A DNA stretch of 64,000 nt from a candidate division WOR-3 bacterium (GCA_965649225.1 CBFGJX010000003.1:32001-96000), one strand, 5' to 3'. Shown: positions 38,435 through 52,211, numbered from the stretch's first letter. Made by a program: numbers and translations. Notes: generated by a model not told the origin, from the letters alone.

Positions 38435-39124
38435 TTGAAACAGTTTGCCGTCATCGGACTCGGCACTTTCGGTGCCCGGGTTGCCCGCTCACTTACCGAA
38501 CGCGGTGCCGAAGTGCTGGCAATTGACAAAGACCAGGATCGAGTCAATGCCCTCGAAGGCGAAGTCACTCGGACACTTCGCCTTGATGCTACCAACGAAG
38601 AAGCCCTCGCCACTTCCGGCGTTCTGGATGTCGACGCCGTCGTCGTCGCGATGGGCGAGCACATGGAAAGCGCAATTCTCACAACCGCGATTCTGAGACG
38701 ACTCGGCGCCGGTCACATTGTCGCCCGTGCCGCATCCGAACTCTACGCCCAGATACTGCGTGACGTCGGCGCTGACCGCACGGTACTGATTGAAGAACAG
38801 ATGGCCGACCAGGTCGCCAAAACGCTCATCGCCCCGAATCTGCTCGACCAGATCACGCTGGCCAGCGGCCACAGCCTGGCCGAAATGAAACCGCGCCGCG
38901 ACATGATCGGCCGCCGGCTCGGCGAACTCGATATCCGCCGCCGCTGGCGGGTGAACATTATCGCGGTCAAGAAACGGGTTCCGGTCATCAACGAAGAAGG
39001 CGAAACCGTCTTCGAAGAACGCATCAACGACATCCCTGGCCCGGAAGACCGCATCGAGGCCGATGATGTACTCGTACTCGTCGGCCCGGACGAGGACATC
39101 GAGAAGCTAACCAGCAGCCGCTAG
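38435..39124 (+). CDS. ktrA: Ktr/Trk RCK regulatory subunit
   Basis: MKQFAVIGLGTFG Rossmann motif and a TrkA_C-like C-terminus. Confidence 0.92.
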   Translation: MKQFAVIGLGTFGARVARSLTERGAEVLAIDKDQDRVNALEGEVTRTLRLDATNEEALATSGVLDVDAVVVAMGEHMESAILTTAILRRLGAGHIVARAASELYAQILRDVGADRTVLIEEQMADQVAKTLIAPNLLDQITLASGHSLAEMKPRRDMIGRRLGELDIRRRWRVNIIAVKKRVPVINEEGETVFEERINDIPGPEDRIEADDVLVLVGPDEDIEKLTSSR

Positions 39125-39125
39125 C

Positions 39126-40499
39126 ATGCCCCACCGTAATCACAGTCATCGTCCGCGCGGGCCGCGCACGATTGCCGGCCGCATCACGCTGGGCATGCTG
39201 GCCGCAACCCTGCTCGTCAGTCCGGTAGTAGTGTTGTCACTGTTCTACAGCGGGCTGATGAACCGCGCCATCCAGCGCACCGTCGACGTCGACATCGAGC
39301 TGATGCGCACCGCCGACCGGATTACCGTCAGCTTCCTCACCGCCCGGCGGCACGAGAAGAACTACACCATCTTCGGTGACTCATCGTACCTGACTGGCGG
39401 GCGCGAAGCACTTGACCATGTCGCCGCCCTCTGTCGTCGTGGCCGCCGGCTTGACCCCGCCCTGGCACTGCACTTCGATTCTATCGTCGCCGACATCGGC
39501 ATTTACCGCGCGCTGCTTGACACCCTTGCCCAGCTGCCGCCCCAGACACTGAGCAGTCCGGCAAGGCTAGAAGACTGGAACCGGATCCGTGCCCGGCATC
39601 AGCTGCTGCTTGATCTCGCCTTTGCCGCGGAGGAACCGGCTGTGCGCGAATCACTCGCGGCAGAAGCTGCCGCAGTCGCCAGCGAAATCGAACTGCCCCT
39701 GCGGGGCGGCATTGCCGGCCGACTGCTGGCGGCACGGATGCGTTCCGTCGAAGAATCTATCATCCGTCGCACCGACACGATCGCCCGCATCGCGACGGCT
39801 CGGGTCAACTCAAGCCGGAGCCGGGTCCGCCAGCTCAACGCCTGGGCCCAGCGCAACATCATTCTGGTCCTGGCGCTTTCGACAATCGTTCTGGTCTGGC
39901 TGATCGCCACCACCCCGCGCCGGATACTTCTGCCGCTGAAACGAATCGGCAACGCGCTCGCCCGTGCCGAAGAAGGTGACCTCGACATCCACGTAACCAT
40001 CCGTTCCGGCGATGAACTGGAAACGCTGGGGCGTCAGCTCAACCGGGTACTTGCCCGGCTGCGCGAGTTTGACGAACGCAAGACCAATCGCATTCTCTTG
40101 CTGGAAAGACGGTTTCGCCTGCTGGCTGCGAGCATCGCCGAAGGGGTACTGGTCGTAGACCGCACGCCCAACATTGTCTTCGCCAACGCCGCACTCGAGC
40201 CCCTGCTCGGCGTCCGTCCCGCCGATGCGGTTGGCCGGTCGCTGGCCGATTTCCCGAACCTGCAGTTCCTGCGCGAGCCGCTGGAAAACACCCTGGCCGG
40301 TGCCGTCGGTCGTCAGGAATGCGAAATCGTACCCGAGCTGCCCGGCTCGGCGCTCTGCATCGAAGCGCTGCGCGACAACACCGGTTCGGTGGTCGGAGCG
40401 CTGGTCATTGTCATCAACCCGATGCAACCGTTGTCCGGCGATACTGCCGAACCGACTGCTGCCCCTCCCGAACAACCCCAATCGTCCACCGCCGGCTGA
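39126..40499 (+). CDS. Membrane sensor with periplasmic, HAMP and PAS domains and no output domain
   Basis: Two TMs, HAMP (PLKRI...GDL...DELETLGRQLN), PAS (IAEGVLVVD...FANAALE.LLG), then a short Pro-rich tail. Confidence 0.8.
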   Translation: MPHRNHSHRPRGPRTIAGRITLGMLAATLLVSPVVVLSLFYSGLMNRAIQRTVDVDIELMRTADRITVSFLTARRHEKNYTIFGDSSYLTGGREALDHVAALCRRGRRLDPALALHFDSIVADIGIYRALLDTLAQLPPQTLSSPARLEDWNRIRARHQLLLDLAFAAEEPAVRESLAAEAAAVASEIELPLRGGIAGRLLAARMRSVEESIIRRTDTIARIATARVNSSRSRVRQLNAWAQRNIILVLALSTIVLVWLIATTPRRILLPLKRIGNALARAEEGDLDIHVTIRSGDELETLGRQLNRVLARLREFDERKTNRILLLERRFRLLAASIAEGVLVVDRTPNIVFANAALEPLLGVRPADAVGRSLADFPNLQFLREPLENTLAGAVGRQECEIVPELPGSALCIEALRDNTGSVVGALVIVINPMQPLSGDTAEPTAAPPEQPQSSTAG

Positions 40500-40519
40500 C
40501 GCCGCGGTGAATGACCTGG

Positions 40520-41383
40520 CTACCCGTCGCGACGGATGTGTACCACCCGCTGCGGCAGCGGAATTTCGAGTCCTTCGCGTTCAAGAGCCGCCTTCAGTCG
40601 CAGCCGCAGTTCGCGCTCGGCTTCCCAATGCCGCAGCGGCAGAACCTTGACCACGACCCTGATCCGGACGCCGGACTCACCGAGCTCGAGCAGACCCTGA
40701 ACCTCAGGTGGTTCCAGGCAGATTTCCCGGCGCTCGGCATACCAGGCGTCGGCAACTTCACGCGCCAGTCTCAACCCCCGTTCGGAATCCTGCCCGTAGG
40801 CCAGGTCCACTGTCACCAGCGCCCGCATGAAATCGCGGTTGCGGTTACCAAATCGAGTCAGCTCGCCGTTGGGGACAACGAACAACGTACCATCCCAGGC
40901 TCTGATCCGCGTCGTTCGCAAGCCGACCGCCTCAACCATTCCGCTGATATCACCGACCGTTATCCAGTCGCCAACACTGACAAGGTCTTCGAGCAGCAGA
41001 AAAAAGCCCGAGATGAAATCACGTACCAGGGTCTGGGCCCCGAACCCAACTGCCAGCCCGACGACACCCGCCCCGGCAAGTATCGCCGTATAGTCAATTC
41101 CCAGTGTCCGCAATACCAGCACCAGTGCCAGAAACGCAATCACATAACCGACGATGCTGTTGAGCAACGTCATCAACGTGCGGGCTCGACGTTCATGGGC
41201 CCGGCGCAACAGCCGACGGATGACCGCAGCGGCAATGACATAGAGCAGCAACGCCGCAACGACAATGACGACAACCCCGATCGCGCGCATGATGTGGCCC
41301 GCCAGTCGCTCGGGGGACACAAGCCTGTCGGCCAGTCGTCGACTCAGTTCACGCCAAAGCACCTCACACCACCTCAACAACAC
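40520..41383 (-). CDS. Small-conductance mechanosensitive channel (MscS family)
   Basis: AGAGVVGLAVGFGAQTLVRDFISG, VGDWI, GLRTTRIR, VPNG. Confidence 0.92.
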   Translation of the reverse strand: MLLRWCEVLWRELSRRLADRLVSPERLAGHIMRAIGVVVIVVAALLLYVIAAAVIRRLLRRAHERRARTLMTLLNSIVGYVIAFLALVLVLRTLGIDYTAILAGAGVVGLAVGFGAQTLVRDFISGFFLLLEDLVSVGDWITVGDISGMVEAVGLRTTRIRAWDGTLFVVPNGELTRFGNRNRDFMRALVTVDLAYGQDSERGLRLAREVADAWYAERREICLEPPEVQGLLELGESGVRIRVVVKVLPLRHWEAERELRLRLKAALEREGLEIPLPQRVVHIRRDG

Positions 41384-42401
41384 CGGCCGGTCCGGCGATC
41401 ACTTCGCCGACTACCGCTGCCGCCATACCGCAGCTGCCAACCAGTCCACAGAACCGCTGAACGGAGTTCCGATCCAACGCGACCAGCAGACCGCCCGATG
41501 TCTGCGACTCCCACAACAGCTTTTTGGTATCTTCGCTTATGCTGGGGGCAAACCTTATCTTCGGCCCGAACGAGGTCTCGTTGGCCAGCACCGCCGGGTC
41601 CTCAACGCCCTGAGCGACAAGCTCCCTGGCCCCGGCCAGAACCGGCACCCGCTCAGCCACTATCCGCAGAGTACACCCGCTGCCCTCGGCCATTTCCTGA
41701 GCGTGGCCAAGCAGACCATAACCGGTGATGTCGGTGGCGGCGGAAACACCGCACTCAAGCATCGCTCGACCGGCGATCCGGTTTGGCGTCAGCATCGTCC
41801 GGACTGCCTGCTCGTAGTATGCCGGATCAACGCTGTCCAGTGTCAGCATCGCCGTACCGAAGACCCCGGTACCCAGCGGTTTGGTCAGCACCAGCGCATC
41901 TCCCGGTTTCGCCGCTGCATTGGTTACAATCCGTCCCGGGTCGATGGTACCGGTCACCGCCAGGCCGTACTTGATCTCCTTTTCGTTGAAAGTGTGGCCG
42001 CCAACCACCACCGCTCCGGCCTCGGCAACCGCGTCATATCCTCCCCGCAGGATTTCAGCCAGTACCCGTTTGTCCATTGGCGCGGGAAAACCGACGATAT
42101 TCAGCACCGTCAGCGGTTCACCACCCATCGCCCAGACATCGGAAAGCGAATTGGTAGCCGCAATCCGGCCGTAGGTGTACGGGTCTTCAACCATTGGCGT
42201 CAGCAGATCCACCGTCTGCACGAGCGCAAGATCGTCCCGCACCAGGAAGACCCCGGCGTCATCGGCAGTATTGATACCGACCAGCAGTCGCGGATCGGTG
42301 GGGCGTTCCAGCCCCGCCAGTGCCTGCGCCAACTGCGCCTTGCTCAGTTTTGAGGCTCAGCCGGCACAGGATACCGTCGCGAGTATGCCTCGCTTGGCCA
42401 T
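41364..42401 (-). CDS. selD: Selenide, water dikinase (selenoprotein; Sec at codon 15)
   Basis: ATG 42401 gives MAKRGILATVSCAG-UGA-ASKL, in frame with DDAGV, QTVD, ATNSLSDVWAMGG, GGHT, TKPLGTG, TDITGYGL and QTSGGLL. Confidence 0.93.
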
Positions 42402-42402
42402 C

Positions 42403-44295
42403 TTACCTCGCTTTCTTCAGCACACGGACATCCCCTTTCCGCTGGGTCAGTCCGCGTGAATCGAAATAGTTGAGCAACGGGATCAGAATTTTGCGGGTGG
42501 TGGTCAGCGCCTGTCTGATTTCGGAAGCCGAAAGCTCGGCCTTTGTCGCAAACAACCGTAGAACTGTCGCTTCGGCCGCGGCAATCGCCTCACGGTGCAG
42601 CACAACCGATTCGCCGACATCAACCAGCGTACCGGTCTCCAACAACGCTGTGCGTACCCTTTCCGCCAGCTTGCGCTCGACCCCGGCCAGTGCTTCAGCC
42701 AGTCCTGGCGGTGCCAGCCCGGCAGCGCGGAAGGCCTCGGCGGTCCGGTCGAACAGCTTCTGCTCTGCCGGCGACAGTTTCAACTCATGACCGGCCCGCC
42801 GTACCTTGTCGCCTTCGACAATCACCACTCCTGCGGCTGCGAGTTCAGCAATCACCGCCTCAAACAGCACAGCCGCCAGACCGGCACGAGCCCGCAGCTC
42901 CGGCCGCTTGATCCCCAGGCGCATTGGATTATCGGCGTGAAACCGCTCCAGTGCTGACAGGACTGCCGTGCGCGCCTCGGCCAGCACCTGCTCGGCTGCG
43001 GGGTATTCACGCCCATCCACAGTCAACAGCCGGCAACGTTTGGTTTCGAGCAGAACCTCGAGCATCGCCCGGGCATCGGCATCGGATAGCGCCAGATCGC
43101 GGGTTGCCTGCTCCATGCTTCGCAGCTCGGTACGATGTTTGAGCAGATACTGTTCCAGTACGCTGCCCGCCTCACCTCGGGCCAGGGCCTGCAGCCGCTG
43201 CAGTACCGTTGCGTCGAACCGCCGCTCCCGTTCGGGATTGGATTCCAGCACCATGCCGCCACCGAGCGTCTGCTGTGGTGAGTACAATCGCACAACGAAG
43301 CGATCGCCCCAGTCACAGACAACCGGCTCCTCCAGTCGAAGTTGAACCACGCCATCACCGCCCGGCACCAGCTCGCGACGATCGAGCAGCATCACCCGAC
43401 ACATCGCTTCGGCAGTACCGATATGCAGCTTCAAACGGGTCATGTTCCGCAGCGGCCGCGAAACCGATTTCAACAGGTACAATGTCGCATTGATCAACTT
43501 CGTCGGCTGGTAGTAGCCGGGCGTTGCCAGCACGTTGCCACGGACAACTGTCTCGCGTTCGATTCCCTGCAGATTCAACGCCGCTCGCTCGCCCAGCCCA
43601 ACCGATTCCAGTGTCCGGTTATGCTCCTGAATGCCCCGAACACGCACCTCGACCCCCTGCGGCAGCAGTTCGAGTCTGTCGCCAACCCGGCAGGAGCCCG
43701 ACAACACTGTTCCGGCAACGACAGTACCGAAACCCTTGATGGTAAAGCAGCGGTCGACCGGCAGTCGGAACACACCGCGGTCGGGCTTGGCCGGAAGCTT
43801 GGCTGCCTCAGTCTCGATAAAAGCCCGCAGCTCATCAATACCCTGACCGGTTACTGCGGAAACGTTGACGACCGGGGCCCCTTCAAGAAAACTGCCCCGC
43901 ACCAGCTCCTGAACGTCCTGTTGTACCAGTTCCAGCCAGTCCGGATCGACAAGGTCAATCTTGTTGATGACGATGATGCCGCGACGAATCGCCATCAAAC
44001 GGCAGATTTCGAAGTGCTCCCGAGTCTGAGGCATGACCCCGTCATCGGCGGCAACGACCAGCAGGACCATATCGATCGTACTGGCACCGGCCAGCATGTG
44101 GCGAACGAATCGCTCATGCCCCGGCACGTCGATGATCGTTATCCGCTCGCCGAGAAATGCGAAACCGAGGTCGGTGGTCATCCCCCGTTCTTTTTCCTCT
44201 TTCAGACGGTCCGGATCGGTGCCGGTCAACGCCCGCACCAGTGCACTCTTGCCGTGATCAATGTGGCCGGCCGTGCCAACAACTGTATGGAGCAT
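42403..44295 (-). CDS. selB: Selenocysteine-specific elongation factor SelB
   Basis: [30 protein letters not shown]-terminal winged helices (TTRK..IPLL.YFD...T.RKGD.R). ATG 44295 overlaps the rpoN TGA. Confidence 0.96.
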   Translation of the reverse strand: MLHTVVGTAGHIDHGKSALVRALTGTDPDRLKEEKERGMTTDLGFAFLGERITIIDVPGHERFVRHMLAGASTIDMVLLVVAADDGVMPQTREHFEICRLMAIRRGIIVINKIDLVDPDWLELVQQDVQELVRGSFLEGAPVVNVSAVTGQGIDELRAFIETEAAKLPAKPDRGVFRLPVDRCFTIKGFGTVVAGTVLSGSCRVGDRLELLPQGVEVRVRGIQEHNRTLESVGLGERAALNLQGIERETVVRGNVLATPGYYQPTKLINATLYLLKSVSRPLRNMTRLKLHIGTAEAMCRVMLLDRRELVPGGDGVVQLRLEEPVVCDWGDRFVVRLYSPQQTLGGGMVLESNPERERRFDATVLQRLQALARGEAGSVLEQYLLKHRTELRSMEQATRDLALSDADARAMLEVLLETKRCRLLTVDGREYPAAEQVLAEARTAVLSALERFHADNPMRLGIKRPELRARAGLAAVLFEAVIAELAAAGVVIVEGDKVRRAGHELKLSPAEQKLFDRTAEAFRAAGLAPPGLAEALAGVERKLAERVRTALLETGTLVDVGESVVLHREAIAAAEATVLRLFATKAELSASEIRQALTTTRKILIPLLNYFDSRGLTQRKGDVRVLKKAR

Positions 44296-45722
44296 CACAG
44301 CATCCGCCGCTCGTTGCAGCCCGGAATTCCCATCTCGCCCCGGTATTTTGCCACCGTCCGTCGCGACACCGCGATGCCAGCCAGCTTCAGCCGGCCGACA
44401 ATCTCGTCGTCGCTCAACGGTGACGTCTTGCTCTCGCATGCTATTATCTGGGCGATCTTCTCTTTGATACTTGTCCGGGCAGTACTGCCCGTTCCGGCGG
44501 CAAAGAAATGCTTGTAAGGGAAAATCCCCAGCGGGGTTTCAAGGTACTTACCGGCAATCGCCCGTGACAGCGTCGAGGGGTGGACGCCGAGCCTCATCGC
44601 CGCCTCGCGCAGTGTCGCCGGTCGCATGTGCTCCACCCCGCGTCGAAAGAAATCCTCCTGCAGCTCGATGATCAGCTCGGTCAGCCGGCGCAGAGTCCGG
44701 CGGCGCGATTCAATCGCCCGCAGAAACATCAGTGCCCGATTGAACTTCTCACGGGCAAACGCTACCTGCTCGCGCGTGAAAGCATCCGGATGGCGCAGAA
44801 TATCCCGATATTTTTGCGACAGCCGCAGCCGCGGGAAGTTCTCGTCATTGGCTTCGGCGACCAGTTTATCGTCCCGCCAGACGACCGAGTAATCCGGAGC
44901 CACGTAACTCGTTCGTCCCGACGACCAGGCGCGGGCCGGCCGCGGCTCAAACCGCCCCAGCGACTGCACCGCTTGCTGAACCGCCTCGACTTCCACTCCG
45001 CAGACCTTGGCAATACGCGCGAACTGCCGTCGTCCCAACAGGTCCCACAAATCCCCGACCAGCCGACGCTCCAGTGACTGCGGACCATAGCCTGCCAGTT
45101 CAAGCTGAACGTCCAGTGCTTCGCGGCAGTTTCGACACGCCAGCCCGCCTGGTTCCAGGCGTTGAATCACATACAAAACAGCCTGCACCCGGTCAACGGT
45201 AACACCACGGCTGGCAGCGATTTCTTCTTCGGTCAGGGTCAAGAACCCGTCCTCATCCAGCGATTGGAGGACAAACTCGGCCAGTTCGGCATCGTCGGTG
45301 CTGAGCATCCCGCGCAGGCGCGGCATAAGCGCATCGGCCGGACTGCCGCCGGCTGCACACCAGGTCTCGGTGTCATCATCATCGTCGGCCGCCACCGCCA
45401 TCGGACCGAAGTCATCGTTGGGCATCAGATCTGCGATGGTGTAGTCGAAATCGGAAACTACCGCACTGTCCTGCTCAACTTCGCTTCCCGCCGCCTGAGC
45501 CTGATCAGCCTGAACTGGAACGTCTGCCGACGGATCAACCCCGGCCGCATCCAGCCCTTCCCCCGGGGCATCGGCCTGTTCCAGGGCCGGATTCTGCTCA
45601 AGTTCCCGCTCAATCACGGTCTCGAGGTCCAGCCCGGTCAACTGCAGCAGCTTGAGGTTCAGAATCAACTGCGGCGTCAACCGCAGTTCCTGAGTCAACC
45701 GCTGGTCAAGTCCTAATCTCAT
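44295..45722 (-). CDS. rpoN: RNA polymerase sigma-54 factor
   Basis: Gln/Leu-rich region I, VHPSTLSRA, PLSDDEI, RpoN box SRRTVAKYR. Confidence 0.96.
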   Translation of the reverse strand: MRLGLDQRLTQELRLTPQLILNLKLLQLTGLDLETVIERELEQNPALEQADAPGEGLDAAGVDPSADVPVQADQAQAAGSEVEQDSAVVSDFDYTIADLMPNDDFGPMAVAADDDDDTETWCAAGGSPADALMPRLRGMLSTDDAELAEFVLQSLDEDGFLTLTEEEIAASRGVTVDRVQAVLYVIQRLEPGGLACRNCREALDVQLELAGYGPQSLERRLVGDLWDLLGRRQFARIAKVCGVEVEAVQQAVQSLGRFEPRPARAWSSGRTSYVAPDYSVVWRDDKLVAEANDENFPRLRLSQKYRDILRHPDAFTREQVAFAREKFNRALMFLRAIESRRRTLRRLTELIIELQEDFFRRGVEHMRPATLREAAMRLGVHPSTLSRAIAGKYLETPLGIFPYKHFFAAGTGSTARTSIKEKIAQIIACESKTSPLSDDEIVGRLKLAGIAVSRRTVAKYRGEMGIPGCNERRML

Positions 45723-46450
45723 ATTCGAAACCGTTCACCCAGATACACTGCCCGCGCGGTCTCGTCCCTGACCAGGTCCTCTGACGTGCCCGAAAGCAGC
45801 ACCCGGGCATCGTACATCACGTAGGCACGGTCGGTGATTTCCAGCGTCTCGCGGACATTGTGATCGGTAATCAGAATCCCGAGGCCCTCGGCCTTCAGAC
45901 GGCGGATTATGTCCTGAATCTCGGCCCGAACGATCGGATCGATGCCGGTGAACGGTTCGTCCAGCAGCAAGAAAGACGGCCCCGAAGCGAGCGCCCGCGC
46001 CATCTCTACCCTTCGCCTCTCGCCGCCGGACAGGGTCCCTCCCTGCTGACGCCGCAGGTGGCTGACATTGAGCTTTTCCAGCAGCTCGTTTGTCCGTTCG
46101 ATCCGTCTTTCTTTCGGAAATCCAATCATCTCCAGTATTGCAAGAACATTCTGTTCTACCGACAACTTGCGGAAAATCGACGGTTCCTGCGATAGATATC
46201 CCATACCGAGCCGAGCCCGGCGGTACACCGGCAGATAGGTTATATCGGCATCGCCCAGCCTGATCCAACCCTGCTCGGGTCGGACAAAACCGGTTATCAT
46301 GTGGAAAGTAGTCGTCTTACCGGCACCGTTTGGCCCCAGCAACCCGACAATCTCACCCCGGGCCAGTTCAAGGCTCACGCCGTCGACTACCCGTCGACCA
46401 CTGTAACGCTTCACCAGCCCGTTGGCGACAAGCTTTGCCGTTCCGTTCAT
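45719..46450 (-). CDS. lptB: LPS export ABC ATPase LptB
   Basis: GPNGAGKTT, YLSQEPSIFRKL, LSGGERRRVE, DEPFTGIDP, ITDHNVRETL, VYLGERF. Exact start uncertain (46450-46498). Confidence 0.95.
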   Translation of the reverse strand: MNGTAKLVANGLVKRYSGRRVVDGVSLELARGEIVGLLGPNGAGKTTTFHMITGFVRPEQGWIRLGDADITYLPVYRRARLGMGYLSQEPSIFRKLSVEQNVLAILEMIGFPKERRIERTNELLEKLNVSHLRRQQGGTLSGGERRRVEMARALASGPSFLLLDEPFTGIDPIVRAEIQDIIRRLKAEGLGILITDHNVRETLEITDRAYVMYDARVLLSGTSEDLVRDETARAVYLGERFRI

Positions 46451-46454
46451 GCCG

Positions 46455-47396
46455 TCACTGCCGCCACCCATCGCTTTGGCTACCTCCGCCGCGAACAAGC
46501 TGACCCAGAGTTAGACGCTCTACCTCAATCCGTTCCATCGCCCCCGCGGCGAAAACCAGCCGGATTACTGCACCGGCCACCAGTATCCGCTCCGCGTCAG
46601 TCGTCCGGTAATCGCCCCTAGCATTGCCCCTGATATCCACCTGTCTGAGCGCACCATCCGTCACCCACAAGTGCAGACTGTCGCCACTGGCGTCGCCCCG
46701 CTGATCGCGAACGCGTGGATTACCGAAAGCCAGGCCGGAATCAGGGCCGACAAAGAACACCACACTGTCACACGCCAGCTCAGCATCACCCGAAACCAGT
46801 CGCACCTGACCTGCGGCGTCGGCACGTGAGCCCTGCTCGTTCCAGCGCAGCCGCCGAGCTGTCAACCGGGCCGAATCTCCGGCATCAGGCCATGCCAACA
46901 CCGGTGCAGAATCGACTTCGCCAATGCCGGATTCGAGACGGTAACTGCCCCGTGCCCCGCTGATCTGAAAACCCCGACCGGCTTCTTTCAATCGCAGCCC
47001 GCGGTCGGCACGAACCATCCGATCGCCAGCCCGGTACTCAAGCCACGGAGCCAGAATGTCCAGCGAATCACGTCGGACCCGCACAACGCCATAAAGCTCT
47101 GCGCGGCGCTCGTTGAACAGATACAGCACTGAATCCGCCTCAACGAGTCCATCCCGGTTCTCAATCCTGACATCGCCCCAGAGCATGGCACGACCGATCC
47201 GATCATTCAGTCGCGCCGCATCCGCCCCAATCCTGGTATCACCATCGACAATCACAACGCTGTCACGCAGAACCGCAACCTCCCCTTCAGGGCTGCGCTC
47301 CACCGCCATGTATCGAGCGTAAAGCTCAGCCGCATTTGCGATGACAGAGCCGGTCAGGATTAAAACGGTCGCGAGAACCTCTCGGCTGCTCAACAC
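46455..47396 (-). CDS. LptA/OstA-like protein
   Basis: Signal peptide, repeated beta-jellyroll-like units (ADS..Y...A.LYG.V), located between lptC and lptB. Confidence 0.75.
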   Translation of the reverse strand: MLSSREVLATVLILTGSVIANAAELYARYMAVERSPEGEVAVLRDSVVIVDGDTRIGADAARLNDRIGRAMLWGDVRIENRDGLVEADSVLYLFNERRAELYGVVRVRRDSLDILAPWLEYRAGDRMVRADRGLRLKEAGRGFQISGARGSYRLESGIGEVDSAPVLAWPDAGDSARLTARRLRWNEQGSRADAAGQVRLVSGDAELACDSVVFFVGPDSGLAFGNPRVRDQRGDASGDSLHLWVTDGALRQVDIRGNARGDYRTTDAERILVAGAVIRLVFAAGAMERIEVERLTLGQLVRGGGSQSDGWRQ

Positions 47397-47940
47397 TACT
47401 CCTCGAACCGCCAGTTCGAAGTGCCACGGACTTCGCTTTTCATCTGTATGCGTTCAAGCCCGGCGTCTGACTCCAACCCAACTCCACGCACTTCACCCCG
47501 AGGAGTCCGCACAGTGACCGGAGCATCGGTGTGAACTCTGCGCGGGCCGTTGCTCCAGACCAGTGATTCACTGACCAGTATGGTACTGTCGGCCGTGCGT
47601 ACCTCGACCCCACCCCGGGCAACCAGGTTTTCGGTCAGCCGCCAGATTGTACCCTCACGCGCGGTCAACACCGAATAGACACCACCGGTGTCATCATAAA
47701 ACAACACCCGAACGCTTTTGAGCTCGACGATCTGTGAGTCTTCCCGCACCTCAGCCCGCCCAGCTTCAAGGGAAAACAGCCGCTCGCCGCTCGAAGTCTC
47801 ATCGAGACGAAAATCCTCAATGACCTGGTCCGGTAGAACGCTGGAATCCACTCTTGTCCCCGGCTCCTCGCAACTGACGGCAACAACAGCAACCAGAGTC
47901 ACAATAAGTTTTTGGGCTAACACGCGTAGCGTCCCGGCAA

Positions 47941-47944
<4 letters not shown>
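47396..47944 (-). CDS. lptC: LPS export protein LptC
   Basis: L.A..A, LTAREG, SESLVW, TDAPV, GVGLESD pattern; upstream of lptA/lptB. Start uncertain (47944-48007). Confidence 0.8.
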
Positions 47945-50412
<2,468 letters not shown>

Positions 50413-50433
50413 CTGTCAGCCACAGTTCTGTAG

Positions 50434-50550
50434 CTATCCCTGGCGCTGTTTGTGCTTTGGCTCACGTTTGCAGATTATCCGCACGACGCCCTTACGCTTG
50501 ACTACTACGCAGTGGGCACAGCGCTTCTTGACCGACGCCCTTACCTTCAT
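50434..50550 (-). CDS. rpmJ: 50S ribosomal protein L36 (zinc-binding form)
   Basis: Not in the ORF track. Manual translation [38 protein letters not shown] with GGGAG SD. Confidence 0.97.
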   Translation of the reverse strand: MKVRASVKKRCAHCVVVKRKGVVRIICKREPKHKQRQG

Positions 50551-50571
50551 CACATACTCCCTTCCGCAGAC

Positions 50572-50790
50572 CTACTTGAATCGGTAGATGATCCGGCCCC
50601 GTTCAAGGTCATAGGGCGAAAACTCTACCGTCACCCGGTCTCCGGGCAGAATCCTTATCCAGTTCAGCCGCATCCGGCCCGATATGTGCGCAAGCACCTT
50701 GTGCCCGTTGTCTAGTTCGACGCGAAAAGTCGCGTTGGGCAACGACTCGACAATCGTGCCTTCAAGCTGAATCAGATCCTTCTTAGCCAT
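50572..50790 (-). CDS. infA: Translation initiation factor IF-1
   Basis: [14 protein letters not shown]...[28 protein letters not shown]. Confidence 0.98.
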   Translation of the reverse strand: MAKKDLIQLEGTIVESLPNATFRVELDNGHKVLAHISGRMRLNWIRILPGDRVTVEFSPYDLERGRIIYRFK

Positions 50791-51535
50791 TCTCTGTTAG
50801 TATCTCCGGCTCACCTTCGGTCACCAGAATGGTATTCTCAAAATGGGCCGACGGGCTGCCATCAGCAGCAACGACGGTCCAACCGTTCTCCAGCGTTCTG
50901 ACCTCAAAACTGCCGGCATTGACCATTGGCTCAACCGCCAGCGTCATACCGGCCTGCAGTCTGACCCCTTCACCCGCCCGGCCGAAATTGGGTACTGACG
51001 GGTCCTCGTGCAGACTCAACCCGACCCCGTGCCCGCAGAGCTCTCGGACGACTGAGAAACCACGCGCCTCAACATACACCTGGACGGCATGGCCGATATC
51101 ACCCACCCGCTTGCCGGCACGTGCTGCGCCGCAGGCAGCCCGGAAAGCCCCCTCCGCCGCCGCCGCCAGTGCCTGCCGGGTCTGGTCAGCCTTTCCGACC
51201 AGATAGCTGCGCGCCATGTCGGCGATGAACCCGTCCTTGGTGACACCAACATCAATCTTGACGATATCACCGTCTCGCAACGGTCGTTCCGACGGAATCC
51301 CGTGCACAACTTCCTCGTTGACACTGATGCAGACCGCCGCAGGGAACCCGCGGTAGCCGAGGAAAGTCGGCACACCGCCGTCGGCACGAATCGACTCAAC
51401 ACAGGCCCGCTCAAGTTCCAGCAGAGTCGCTCCCGGCCGAATCAACCTCTCTGCTGCAGCCAGTGCCCGGGCAGCGATACGCCCTGCATCTCTGATCCCG
51501 TTGATCTCGCGGGCCGACTTCAGTACTACCGCCAA
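50783..51535 (-). CDS. map: Methionine aminopeptidase type I
   Basis: [40 protein letters not shown]. Start probably TTG 51535. Confidence 0.95.
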   Translation of the reverse strand: MAVVLKSAREINGIRDAGRIAARALAAAERLIRPGATLLELERACVESIRADGGVPTFLGYRGFPAAVCISVNEEVVHGIPSERPLRDGDIVKIDVGVTKDGFIADMARSYLVGKADQTRQALAAAAEGAFRAACGAARAGKRVGDIGHAVQVYVEARGFSVVRELCGHGVGLSLHEDPSVPNFGRAGEGVRLQAGMTLAVEPMVNAGSFEVRTLENGWTVVAADGSPSAHFENTILVTEGEPEILTENG

Positions 51536-51545
51536 GCTGCGACCT

Positions 51546-52211
51546 TCAAACGCCGCCCAGCTCCGACACGAGCCGGGCAATCTCCTCATACACCCGGTCA
51601 CGTCCAAGGATGCCATCAACCCTGACGAGCTTGCCCTGGCCGCCGTAATAACCCAGCACCGGTTCGGTCTGGCGATGATAGACGCTCAAACGGTCACGAA
51701 TCACCTCTTCGGTGTCATCGCGGCGCTGATACAGCTCTGCCCCACACTCATCGCAGACCCGTTCGACACGGGGCGGACTGAAACTCAGATTGTAGATCTT
51801 CGAGCACTGTCGGCACTGACGCCGCGCACTGAGCCGCTTGACGACTTCCTCATCGGCCAGATCAACCAGCACCGCCAGGTCAATTGCCAGCCCGTTGTCG
51901 GCAAGCACCGCATCCAGTCCTTCCGCCTGCGGCACCGTACGGGGAAAACCATCATAGAGTATCGACTTGCCGGCATGCTCGGCCAGAAAGGCGTTGACAA
52001 CTTCCAGCACAACGTTATCCGGCACGAGCTTGCCTGCGACGACGTATTCTTCGACCTCGAGCCCGACCGGTGTCTTGCGGGCGATATGGTCGCGGAACAC
52101 CTCTCCGGTCGAGTAGTGAACAAAGCCCAACCGGTCCCGCAACAGCTCTGCTTGGGTGCCCTTGCCGGAGCCGGGTGGGCCAACCAGCACCAGATTAACT
52201 GCTTTCTTCAT
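51546..52211 (-). CDS. adk: Adenylate kinase (zinc-lid type)
   Basis: GPPGSGKGTQA, DGFPRT, CRQC...CDEC lid, QRRDD. Confidence 0.97.
   Translation of the reverse strand: MKKAVNLVLVGPPGSGKGTQAELLRDRLGFVHYSTGEVFRDHIARKTPVGLEVEEYVVAGKLVPDNVVLEVVNAFLAEHAGKSILYDGFPRTVPQAEGLDAVLADNGLAIDLAVLVDLADEEVVKRLSARRQCRQCSKIYNLSFSPPRVERVCDECGAELYQRRDDTEEVIRDRLSVYHRQTEPVLGYYGGQGKLVRVDGILGRDRVYEEIARLVSELGGV

Noticed and set aside
40511..44517. Large plus-strand ORFs of 405, 362 and 391 aa
   Set aside because: Antisense to mscS, selD and selB, with no motifs.
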